A DNA stretch of 13,420 bases from a virus. Taxonomy: Duplodnaviria; Heunggongvirae; Uroviricota; Caudoviricetes. The position numbers and the translations under genes were made by a program. Of this stretch, positions 7,488 through 13,420 are shown in pieces (the first letter of the stretch is position 1; each line of letters begins with the position of its first letter). The notes under the pieces are model-generated. The model was not told the DNA's origin. It did no database searches and saw only the letters and a list, made by a program, of their open reading frames with translations. Where the stretch lies: IMG/VR virus record IMGVR_UViG_2913177423_000002, one strand, 5' to 3'.

Positions 7488-8864
7488 TCATACGTCAGCC
7501 CCTTGTGCATATCGTCTGCCACGCGCAGCAGGTGCATTTGATGCTGTGCAAATCTGTCTGGCTTCATCCTGGTCACATGCAACAAAGTGTCCGTTACAGA
7601 ACCGCTGGTAAACCGTACCAAGTGAGCCAAAACGGTTTTTCGTCACGATGATTTCAGCAAATGGCGCGGCGCTACTGTTCTCGTCATATACCGCTTCCCG
7701 ATAGAGCATGATGATTGAGTCTGCGTCCTGCTCAATGCTTCCTGAATCACGCAAATCTGCGTTTGTCGGGCGTTTGTTTGGTCGCTTCTCAACATCGCGT
7801 GAAAGCTGACTTAGGGAGATAACAGGCGTTTTCAGGTCTTTCGCCATCGCCTTAAGGCTTCCTGAGATGTGAGCAATTGCGAGGTCGTTGCGGTCTGCTT
7901 TCGGCTTCTCAATCAGGCCAAGATAATCCGCCATGATGAGTGACAGGTTTGGATTTTCCTGTTTGTGTCGTTCTGCGATTGAGCGAATTTCTTCGACAGA
8001 TAACCGCGAGGCATCGACTACCCATACATCCAAATCTGCAAGCTGACTCATGCCGTTAGCAACGCGCGCCCAGCCTTCGTCATCCATCGATGCAGGATTT
8101 CGCAGCACGCTAACCGACATCCTCCCGGCGTTGGCAATGCTTCGCTCTGCAATCTGCAATGCGCTCATTTCCATCGAGAAAATCAATACTCCGCGCCGGA
8201 CGTCAGAACCAGGAATAACGCGGCTTGCAACGCCTTCGGCAATCTTCAGCGCCAGTTCGGTTTTCCCCATACCAGGACGAGCGGCGATAATCACCAGGTC
8301 TTCCGCGTTCATCCCTCCGGTGATGGCGTCAAGTTCTTCGATTCCGGTCTTCAGGGTATCTGACTCTTCTCCGTTCCTCAGACGCCTGTCAAGCGTGTCA
8401 GTGTAGTCAGTGATGATTTCCCCTAACCGTACAGGTTTAACCTCGTCACGGGGCTTTCTGATGGCTGAGAGCCGTTTTACAAGTTCATCCATCGCCTGAC
8501 TCGATGCGTCGATGGTTCCGCTTTGGATTGGTTCACGCATTTCATCCATGATTTCCAGCACCAGACGGCGGTGATAGTTATCCGCGACCATTCCGGCATA
8601 TCCCTTCAGGTTTGCGGCACTCGGGCAGTTTTTGCTGGTCATCAGGATTGACGTGAAATGCTCCTCTCCGCACGCCTCGGCAACCATCAGCGCGTCGATT
8701 AGGTTTCTGTTTCTCGCCTGCTTGCGGATAACCTCGAAGGCTTTCCGGTAGAGCGGAATTGAAAACGCTTCCGGCTCCAGCGTTGCCAGAACGTCGCTGG
8801 CGGTTGGTGTTAATCCACCAATCAGCAGGCCACCGATAACGCTCGCTTCGATATCCTGTTTCAT
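7488..8864 (-). CDS. Replicative DNA helicase, DnaB family (P22 gene 12-like)
   Basis: 458 aa with Walker A ARPGMGKT and DnaB-like C-terminal motifs; start overlaps the stop of the upstream initiator gene. Confidence 0.92.
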   Translation of the reverse strand: MKQDIEASVIGGLLIGGLTPTASDVLATLEPEAFSIPLYRKAFEVIRKQARNRNLIDALMVAEACGEEHFTSILMTSKNCPSAANLKGYAGMVADNYHRRLVLEIMDEMREPIQSGTIDASSQAMDELVKRLSAIRKPRDEVKPVRLGEIITDYTDTLDRRLRNGEESDTLKTGIEELDAITGGMNAEDLVIIAARPGMGKTELALKIAEGVASRVIPGSDVRRGVLIFSMEMSALQIAERSIANAGRMSVSVLRNPASMDDEGWARVANGMSQLADLDVWVVDASRLSVEEIRSIAERHKQENPNLSLIMADYLGLIEKPKADRNDLAIAHISGSLKAMAKDLKTPVISLSQLSRDVEKRPNKRPTNADLRDSGSIEQDADSIIMLYREAVYDENSSAAPFAEIIVTKNRFGSLGTVYQRFCNGHFVACDQDEARQICTASNAPAARGRRYAQGADV

Positions 8865-9682
8865 GCAATCCCCCTGTCTGCAAACTTCCCTTCCCGTACT
8901 CCCGTTAACGAGTCTTCCCTCAGCAGGTAATCAAAATCGGCCGTCCAGCCCGTGTCGTTGTCTCCGAAGTAAAACGGCTTGGCCTGATGCACAAACGCCC
9001 TGACATACGCTCTGAAACCGTCCACGTTTGGCGTTTTCAGTTGCGGGATGATTTTCTTCAGGCGACGTTTGCGTTTCTCGTTGACCGCAACAGCGTGTGG
9101 CAGTCTGTCACCGACTTCGGTGTTGTAGGCGTTCAGGAAGGATTCGTAGTCGATTCGTTCTGCCTTGCGACGTTCAGGTTTAACCTGCCCATCGCCGCCC
9201 CCGTTAGGGGGTAAGGGGGTATTTGTATTTATTGTCTTTTGTATATTGTCTTTTGTGTTTAGCTGACTTGGCTTATACCCATTAGCCGACTTGGCTAATG
9301 TTTTATTAGCTGTTTTAGCTAATGTTAAGCTGTCCTGGCTAATCCACTGAGAAACCACCTTGTTCACTCCGATTTTCACGCCATCAGCAATGAGGAATTT
9401 ACGCTCAATAAGCTGGCGCTTGGCAGCGCAAACATGAGTGTGATGAATACCTGTCATGGCTGCTATCTGCGTGTTTGTGAGTCGATCCATCGGCTTATTG
9501 AATCCGTATGTCTTGCGCATGATAGCGAGCATCACCTTCAACTGCCGGACGGTTAAATCAGCCATCAGCAGACTGTCGGTAATCTCGTTAGCAACGCGCA
9601 TGAAACCATCTTCGGTATCTGCCACGCGATGCTCCACGACCTCCAGTTGAGGCCTGTAATCAGCTAACTTAACGACGCCCAT
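8861..9682 (-). CDS. Replication initiator, lambda O / P22 gene 18 family
   Basis: 273 aa; N-terminal [38 protein letters not shown] matches the lambda O motif ADLTKRQFKVLLAILRKTYGWNKPMD (recalled). Iterons lie inside the gene; AGGAG RBS. Confidence 0.85.
   Translation of the reverse strand: MGVVKLADYRPQLEVVEHRVADTEDGFMRVANEITDSLLMADLTVRQLKVMLAIMRKTYGFNKPMDRLTNTQIAAMTGIHHTHVCAAKRQLIERKFLIADGVKIGVNKVVSQWISQDSLTLAKTANKTLAKSANGYKPSQLNTKDNIQKTINTNTPLPPNGGGDGQVKPERRKAERIDYESFLNAYNTEVGDRLPHAVAVNEKRKRRLKKIIPQLKTPNVDGFRAYVRAFVHQAKPFYFGDNDTGWTADFDYLLREDSLTGVREGKFADRGIA
9220..9345. repeat. Origin of replication: four iterons plus adjacent AT-rich segment, inside the initiator gene
   Basis: Direct repeats of an approximately 18 bp unit at 9260-9277, 9283-9300, 9307-9324 and 9328-9345 (AGCTGACTTGGCTTAT, AGCCGACTTGGCTAAT, AGCTGTTTTAGCTAAT, AGCTGTCCTGGCTAAT), start-to-start spacing 23, 24 and 20-21 bp; adjacent AT-rich tract with TATTGTCTTTTGT repeated (9220-9260). 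Confidence 0.7.
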
Positions 9683-9830
9683 GTTTCACTCCTGCTTTGG
9701 CTAGTCTGTAAACACCAACAAGGCGCTCTGCGAACGCCCTGTTATTTGCTGCGGCTACCACTAATCCCTCAGGTGAATCAGGGTGTCGAATCTCTTCTTT
9801 TTCCTGGTATTTCTTACGACGTTTTGTCAT
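9669..9830 (-). CDS. Small basic hypothetical protein (53 aa) between cII and the initiator gene
   Basis: ATG at 9830 with AGGAG RBS; [53 protein letters not shown]; overlaps the initiator start by 14 nt. No family recognised. Confidence 0.35.
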   Translation of the reverse strand: MTKRRKKYQEKEEIRHPDSPEGLVVAAANNRAFAERLVGVYRLAKAGVKHGRR

Positions 9831-9839
9831 AATTACTCC

Positions 9840-9908
9840 TGTGGATTGAGCCAGTCTTTCTACATCAGGCCTCAAAACTGTTGCAGCAGTCTTGAGGCTT
9901 TTCTTTTG
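9840..9908 (+). ncRNA. oop-like antisense RNA candidate (antisense to the 3' end of cII)
   Basis: Strong plus-strand terminator: stem 9869-9880 / 9887-9898 with one mismatch, loop TTGCAG, then TTTTCTTTT (9899-9907). Possible -10 CATAAT at 9828-9833. Geometry matches lambda oop. The start point is inferred, not seen. Confidence 0.45.
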
Positions 9909-10143
9909 TCAGCACCATGGCTACTTTCTTTGCCAGCTCTGCTAATTCCTCGTCTTCAACACCCCACTCCAGCACAGCCAGAAGCATGGCCATCTTTGGG
10001 ATAAAGCTGTCTTTCCATCGCGAAATTTGCGATTCATTAATCCCTAATGCATCAGCAACCTTTCGCTGACCACGTACAGCAATTCGATTTAGGATATTGC
10101 TTGTGATTGCATTCGCTTTCTTGCGAGTACTTGTAAGTTGCAT
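9865..10143 (-). CDS. cII: CII-like transcriptional activator (P22 C1 analogue)
   Basis: ATG at 10143 with AAGGAAA RBS (track ORF extends in frame upstream to 10230). ...GINESQISRWKDSFIPKMAMLLAVLEWGVEDEE matches the lambda CII helix-turn-helix and tetramerisation region VDKSQISRWKRDWIPKFSMLLAVLEWGV (recalled). Confidence 0.88.
   Translation of the reverse strand: MQLTSTRKKANAITSNILNRIAVRGQRKVADALGINESQISRWKDSFIPKMAMLLAVLEWGVEDEELAELAKKVAMVLTKEKPQDCCNSFEA
10097..10110 (+). promoter_or_regulatory. TTGC-N6-TTGC motif: candidate CII-binding site of a PRE-like establishment promoter
   Basis: Exact TTGCttgtgaTTGC on the plus strand inside the 5' part of cII, oriented toward cro and the repressor gene, as in lambda PRE. 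Confidence 0.5.
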
Positions 10144-10202
10144 ATGTAAGTATTTCCTTAACAAATAAGAAGTTATACGCACCAACTGATGCGCGTTGTA
10201 TT

Positions 10203-10244
10203 CCCGCATTTCGGCGGGAATGAGGACCATGACTGTTAAAGAGC
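10203..10244 (-). promoter_or_regulatory. nutR-like site (boxA GCTCTTTAA plus boxB hairpin)
   Basis: Minus strand reads TGCTCTTTAACA, a 14 nt spacer, then TCCCGCCGAAATGCGGGAA (5 bp stem, purine-rich loop). An identical boxA and boxB pair occurs downstream of PL. Located between cro and cII. Confidence 0.7.
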
Positions 10245-10251
10245 AATTTGC

Positions 10252-10437
10252 TTATGCCGCTTTGCGGTAAGCGCTTTCTTGATACTTCAGGGCGCCAGCT
10301 GTAACGACTTCCAGTCGATAGGCGTCTTTCTCTGGGATGACTTCCTTCCACTGAGAGACTGCTGCATCGCTAATGCCTAACGCTTTAGCTACCGCACGCT
10401 GGGTTCCGAAGTGGTCGATAACATCTTTCTTGTACAT
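10252..10437 (-). CDS. cro: Cro repressor (P22 Cro-like)
   Basis: 61 aa MYKKDVIDHFGTQRAVAKALGISDAAVSQWK... with helix-turn-helix; divergent from the repressor gene across the operator region; GGAG RBS. Confidence 0.9.
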   Translation of the reverse strand: MYKKDVIDHFGTQRAVAKALGISDAAVSQWKEVIPEKDAYRLEVVTAGALKYQESAYRKAA

Positions 10438-10451
10438 AGACTCGCTCCGAA

Positions 10452-10517
10452 ATTAAAGAACACTTAAATTATCTATCAAAGGAATCTTAAGTCAAGTTTA
10501 TTTAAGATGTCTTAACT
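10452..10517. promoter_or_regulatory. OR operator triplet with divergent PR and PRM
   Basis: Three 18 bp sites fitting ANTNAAGNNNNCTTNANT: 10452-10469 ATTAAAGAACACTTAAAT, 10475-10492 ATCAAAGGAATCTTAAGT, 10500-10517 ATTTAAGATGTCTTAACT. PR on minus: -35 TTGACT (10495-10490), 16 bp spacer, -10 GATAAT (10473-10468). The repressor ATG abuts the last operator, so the PRM transcript is near-leaderless. Confidence 0.75.
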
Positions 10518-11168
10518 ATGAATACACAACTGATGGGTGAGCGTATTCGCGCTCGCAGAAAAGAACTCAAGATTAGGCAGGCTGCCCTTGGCAAGATGGT
10601 TGGCGTGTCTAATGTTGCTATTTCCCAATGGGAGCGTTCTGAAACTGAGCCCAATGGCGAAAACCTATTGGCCTTAGCCAAGGCTTTGCAGTGCTCCCCT
10701 GATTACTTGTTGAAAGGAGAAGATAGTCTTTCAAACATTGCCTATCACAGCAGGCATGATCCAAGAGGTTCGTATCCTCTAATTAGTTGGGTAAGCGCAG
10801 GATGTTGGATGGAAGCTGTAGAGCCATATCATAAGCGTGCAATAGATAACTGGTACGATACAACCGTAGATTGTTCAGAAGATTCGTTTTGGCTGGACGT
10901 AAAGGGTGATTCGATGACGGCTCCAGCCGGTCTTAGCATCCCGGAAGGGATGATAATACTAGTCGATCCTGAAGTAGAACCTCGTAATGGGAAGCTGGTA
11001 GTGGCAAAGCTCGAAGGAGAAAACGAGGCAACTTTCAAGAAGTTAGTTATTGATGCTGGCAGAAGGTTTCTAAAACCACTTAACCCACAATATCCGATGA
11101 TTGAGATCAACGGGAACTGCAAAATCATCGGTGTAGTTGTCGATGCAAAAATAGCAAACCTTCCATAA
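10518..11168 (+). CDS. c2: Prophage repressor, P22 C2 type (HTH plus S24 LexA-like autocleavage domain)
   Basis: 216 aa; N-terminal helix-turn-helix (QAALGKMVGVSNVAISQWERSE), Ala-Gly cleavage site and GDSM serine motif with downstream lysine. Near-identical to P22 C2 as I recall it. Confidence 0.95.
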   Translation: MNTQLMGERIRARRKELKIRQAALGKMVGVSNVAISQWERSETEPNGENLLALAKALQCSPDYLLKGEDSLSNIAYHSRHDPRGSYPLISWVSAGCWMEAVEPYHKRAIDNWYDTTVDCSEDSFWLDVKGDSMTAPAGLSIPEGMIILVDPEVEPRNGKLVVAKLEGENEATFKKLVIDAGRRFLKPLNPQYPMIEINGNCKIIGVVVDAKIANLP

Positions 11169-11190
11169 GGGGCATTCGCCCCTTTTTTCT
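11167..11190 (+). terminator. Rho-independent terminator after the repressor gene
   Basis: Stem ggggc/gcccc (11169-11182), loop ATTC, then TTTTTT (11183-11188). Confidence 0.7.
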
Positions 11191-11231
11191 TTCCTTTAAA
11201 AATCAAAGCAAAACTTAAACTTCGCAATAAA

Positions 11232-11285
11232 ATTTAAGTTTTCTTCAAAAATACCCTTGACCACCAATTAAAGAAATCTTAAATT
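11232..11285 (+). promoter_or_regulatory. OL operators and PL promoter
   Basis: Operator-consensus sites at 11232-11249 (ATTTAAGTTTTCTTCAAA) and 11267-11284 (ATTAAAGAAATCTTAAAT); -35 TTGACC (11257-11262), 17 bp spacer, -10 TAAATT (11280-11285) overlapping the second operator. Confidence 0.6.
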
Positions 11286-11331
11286 TAAGTCATCAGCAGG
11301 ACGCTGGTAGCCAAACGGAACAGATTGGCAG

Positions 11332-11371
11332 GCTCTTTAACATTGATGGGATTGTCCCGCCGAAATGCGGG
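11332..11371 (+). promoter_or_regulatory. nutL-like site (boxA GCTCTTTAA plus boxB hairpin)
   Basis: GGCTCTTTAACA (boxA 11332-11340), spacer, CCCGCCGAAATGCGGG (boxB 11356-11371); boxA and boxB are identical to the nutR copy. Confidence 0.7.
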
Positions 11372-11394
11372 AACCAAAGAGTAGTTGGCTTTGG

Positions 11395-11460
11395 GGTGAC
11401 GTAAAGTGCAGCCGCGCAACAGCATCAGGGAGTTAACCTCCCTCCCCCAGTTACGTCACC
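11395..11460 (+). promoter_or_regulatory. Structured N-leader element (long-range inverted repeat enclosing a hairpin); possible RNase III-type processing or translational control site
   Basis: GGTGACGTAA (11395-11404) pairs with TTACGTCACC (11451-11460); inner hairpin GGGAG-TTAAC-CTCCC (11428-11442); ends 16 nt before the N-like RBS GGAGG. Confidence 0.4.
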
Positions 11461-11486
11461 GCTAAAGTCAATCATCGGAGGTCAAC

Positions 11487-11792
11487 ATGACAGTAGTCAT
11501 TACATATCTGGCTGACGATAACGCCAGAAATCGCCGCAGAGCACGCAGACAGGCTCAACGTGAACAGGCAATGAAAGAACAGAGACTGGCGCGAAAGATT
11601 GCGCTAAAACTCTCTGGTTGCGTCAGAGCAGACAAAGCAGCATCACTTGGCAGCCTTCTCTGCAAGAAAGTAGATGAAGTCGAGAAAAAAAATAGGAGGG
11701 TTTACTACAAGGATTTAAACCCATTAGGAAACAAGATACATGCAGTTCAAAGAATAAGATTGTATAGTAAACCACCGTACGGTGCTTATTGA
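11487..11792 (+). CDS. N: N-like transcription antiterminator with arginine-rich motif
   Basis: 101 aa; N-terminal ARM NARNRRRARRQAQREQ resembles lambda N QTRRRERRAEKQAQ; first gene after PL and nutL; GGAGG RBS. Confidence 0.75.
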   Translation: MTVVITYLADDNARNRRRARRQAQREQAMKEQRLARKIALKLSGCVRADKAASLGSLLCKKVDEVEKKNRRVYYKDLNPLGNKIHAVQRIRLYSKPPYGAY

Positions 11793-11794
11793 GT

Positions 11795-12133
11795 ATGCTT
11801 ATGGTGAAAAAGACTATCTATGTTAACCCTAACTGCGGACAAAACAGGAAAGTATTTGATAGAGGTCTTACACCTCAAGACAGAAGGAGAATAACGAGAT
11901 GGGAAAAGAGAATGGCATATGCATTAGAAAACGGTGTAACACCTGGATTTAATGCTATAGATGACGGTCCGGAATATAAGATTAATGAAGACCCAATGGA
12001 CAAAGTTGACAAAGCATTAGCAACACCATTTCCTCGAGATGTAGAAAAAATTGCAGATGAAAAATATGAGGATGTAATGCACAGAGTTGTTAACCACGCT
12101 CACCAACGAAATCCAAATAAAAAATGGTCATAG
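11795..12133 (+). CDS. Hypothetical early-left protein (about 112 aa)
   Basis: Track ORF 11789-12133 (TTG); ATG at 11795 is more likely, immediately after the N-like stop. No family recognised. Confidence 0.5.
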   Translation: MLMVKKTIYVNPNCGQNRKVFDRGLTPQDRRRITRWEKRMAYALENGVTPGFNAIDDGPEYKINEDPMDKVDKALATPFPRDVEKIADEKYEDVMHRVVNHAHQRNPNKKWS

Positions 12134-12156
12134 CCCACTTCGGTGGGTTTATTATT
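12134..12156 (+). terminator. Terminator-like hairpin with UUCG tetraloop (tL1-like)
   Basis: cccac-TTCG-gtggg (12134-12147) followed by TTTATTATT. Confidence 0.5.
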
Positions 12157-12266
12157 GTCCGAACTAACCGAATTTATTACAGCAAGCCACGCAGTGAAAT
12201 GGGTGTAACTTGTGTTGGTCGCCAGAAAATGAAATTAGGCAGCAAACCACTTATTTAAGGTGAGAT

Positions 12267-12353
12267 ATGGAAGAAGAATTTGAAGAGTTCGAAGAGCATC
12301 CGCAGGATGTGATGGAGCAATACCAGGACTATCCGTATGACTACGACTATTGA
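12267..12353 (+). CDS. Very acidic 28 aa peptide (Glu/Asp/Tyr-rich)
   Basis: ATG at 12267 preceded by AAGGTGAG; MEEEFEEFEEHPQDVMEQYQDYPYDYDY. Below the ORF-track cut-off; overlaps the next ORF start by 17 nt. Confidence 0.35.
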   Translation: MEEEFEEFEEHPQDVMEQYQDYPYDYDY

Positions 12354-12537
12354 TAAAAATCAATGGTGTGGACAATTCAAACGATGCAATGGATGCAAGC
12401 TGCAATCGGAATGCATGGTTAAGCCTGAAGAAATGTTTCCTGTAATGGAAGATGGGAAATATGTCGATAAATGGGCAATACGAACGACGGCAATGATTGC
12501 CAGAGAACTTGGTAAACAGAATAACAATGCTGCCTGA
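12337..12537 (+). CDS. Small Cys-containing hypothetical protein (66 aa)
   Basis: Track ORF; CGQFKRCNGCKLQSEC cluster near the N-terminus. No family recognised. Confidence 0.45.
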   Translation: MTTTIDKNQWCGQFKRCNGCKLQSECMVKPEEMFPVMEDGKYVDKWAIRTTAMIARELGKQNNNAA

Positions 12538-12673
12538 TGGTGGCCTTTATTTTTGGCATAAACAACAGAATAAACACAGCACTGTGTATTCATTCCAACG
12601 AGTGAATACACGGAGCAATGTCGCTCGTAACTAAACAGGAGCCGACTTGTTCTGATTATTGGAAATCTTCTTT

Positions 12674-12699
12674 GCCCTCCAGTGTGAGGGCGATTTTTT
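12674..12699 (+). terminator. Rho-independent terminator
   Basis: Stem gccctc/gagggc (12674-12691), loop CAGTGT, then TTTTTT (12694-12699). Confidence 0.6.
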
Positions 12700-12719
12700 A
12701 TCTATGAGGATATGAATAG

Positions 12720-13088
12720 ATGTCAAACATCAAAAAATACATCATTGATTACGACTGGAAAGCATCAATAGAAATTGAAATCGACCATGACGTAATGACA
12801 GAGGAAAAACTTCACCAGATTAATAATTTCTGGTCAGACTCTGAATACCGACTCAATAAACACGGCGCTGTATTAAATGCTGTATTAATCATGCTGGCGC
12901 AACATGCTCTGCTTATAGCAATTTCGAAAGACTTAAATGCATATGGTGTTGTTTGTGAGTTCGACTGGGATGATGGAAATGGTCAGGAAGGATGGCCTCC
13001 AATGGATGGTAGTGAAGGAATAAGAATTACCGATATCGATACATCAGGAATATTTGATTCAGATGATATGACTATCAAAGCCGCCTGA
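12720..13088 (+). CDS. Acidic hypothetical protein (122 aa)
   Basis: Track ORF with GAGGA RBS; C-terminal third rich in Asp/Glu/Gly (WDDGNGQEGWPPMDGSEGIRITDIDTSGIFDSDDM). No family recognised. Confidence 0.6.
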   Translation: MSNIKKYIIDYDWKASIEIEIDHDVMTEEKLHQINNFWSDSEYRLNKHGAVLNAVLIMLAQHALLIAISKDLNAYGVVCEFDWDDGNGQEGWPPMDGSEGIRITDIDTSGIFDSDDMTIKAA

Positions 13089-13163
13089 GCGCGGCTTTAC
13101 CGCATACCAATAATGCTTCACCAGAGGCATTTTCGTTATGCAATCAAATATAAGGAGTTACCC

Positions 13164-13298
13164 ATGATGCACTTTCAGCTCGCGGGTAGCGGCGTCATGT
13201 CCGCTTTCTACCCGCACGAATCTGAATTATCACGCCGAGTTAAACAATTAATCAGAGCAGCAAAGAAACAACTGGAGGCGTTATGCGCAATGAAATAG
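13164..13298 (+). CDS. cIII: CIII-like protein (44 aa, putative FtsH inhibitor)
   Basis: ATGATG at 13164 with AAGGAG RBS (track ORF begins earlier at 13113). QLAGSGV...HESELSRRVKQLIRAAKKQLEAL parallels lambda CIII AIAGWPVAGCPSESLLERITRKLRDGWKRLIDIL (recalled): same AG motif and amphipathic helix. Confidence 0.65.
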   Translation: MMHFQLAGSGVMSAFYPHESELSRRVKQLIRAAKKQLEALCAMK

Positions 13299-13420
13299 CC
13301 ATCAATCACCAGATGCTTCGTGCAGCACAAAACAAAGCAGTAATAGCCCGATTTATTGGTGATTCAAAAATGTGGCTTGAAGCAAATAAAGCGATGAAAT
13401 GTAGTGGCATAGTAAATTTG
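13283..13420 (+). CDS. kil: Kil-like protein, N-terminal part (ORF continues past the window end)
   Basis: ATG at 13283 with GGAGG RBS; MRNEIAINHQMLRAAQNKAVIARFIGDSKMWLEANKAMK; the segment IARFIGDSKMWLEA resembles lambda Kil IATFIGDEKMFREA (recalled). Confidence 0.55.
   Translation, partial: MRNEIAINHQMLRAAQNKAVIARFIGDSKMWLEANKAMKCSGIVNL

Larger units (their letters stand above)
1..13420. mobile_element. Lambdoid prophage segment (immunity, replication, nin, Q, lysis modules); no integrase or att site in window
   Basis: Gene content and order: C2/Cro/CII, O-like and DnaB-like, NinB/NinE/RusA, Q, holin/endolysin/Rz, N-like, CIII, Kil. Module order matches the lambdoid plan, read in reverse. 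Confidence 0.9.

Noticed and set aside
9260-9345. Possible CRISPR-like array
   Set aside because: Only four short imperfect repeats with 5-6 bp gaps inside a coding region; this is replication-origin iteron architecture, not repeat-spacer structure.
8050-9650. ORFs 8050-8406 (+), 8578-8883 (-), 8987-9214 (+) and 9456-9650 (+)
   Set aside because: Embedded in or antisense to the helicase and initiator genes, with no family resemblance.
9783-10004. 73 aa plus-strand ORF
   Set aside because: Region is better explained as the oop-like antisense RNA and its terminator; the ORF has no RBS and is low-complexity.
10052-10351. 99 aa minus-strand ORF
   Set aside because: Spans the nutR site and the cII 5' region in another frame; the CII frame is the supported one.
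10829-11227. 132 aa minus-strand ORF
   Set aside because: Antisense inside the repressor gene.
11190-11232. Third OL operator
   Set aside because: No 18 bp site fitting the operator consensus in this stretch; only two OL sites could be supported.
12360-12611. 83 aa minus-strand ORF
   Set aside because: Antisense to the plus-strand early-left genes; no start signals.

Overview
This window is the early-regulatory, replication, nin, late-control and lysis portion of a mosaic lambdoid prophage (Enterobacteriaceae, E. coli-like), in inverted orientation relative to the usual lambda map. All calls rest on reading the sequence and on recalled protein families; no database search was run. Right to left on the minus strand: Cro, nutR, CII (with an oop-like antisense terminator and a TTGC-N6-TTGC motif inside it), an O-like initiator containing ori iterons, a DnaB-type helicase, a NinB-like gene, a Bro-N-like gene, a translationally coupled ybcN-ninE-ybcO-rusA block, a QuuQ-like Q antiterminator with a PR'/qut-like region and tR'-like terminator, a CspA-family cold-shock gene, then pinholin S, SAR endolysin R and partial Rz. 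On the plus strand: a P22 C2-type repressor, OL/PL, nutL, an N-like antiterminator, several small unknown early-left genes, CIII-like and a partial Kil-like ORF. The best candidate for an undescribed function is an AT-rich, opposite-strand, single-gene island (about 4576-6044) carrying an orphan protein of about 226 aa with its own terminator; the unknown acidic and Cys-rich genes between N and cIII are the second candidate.
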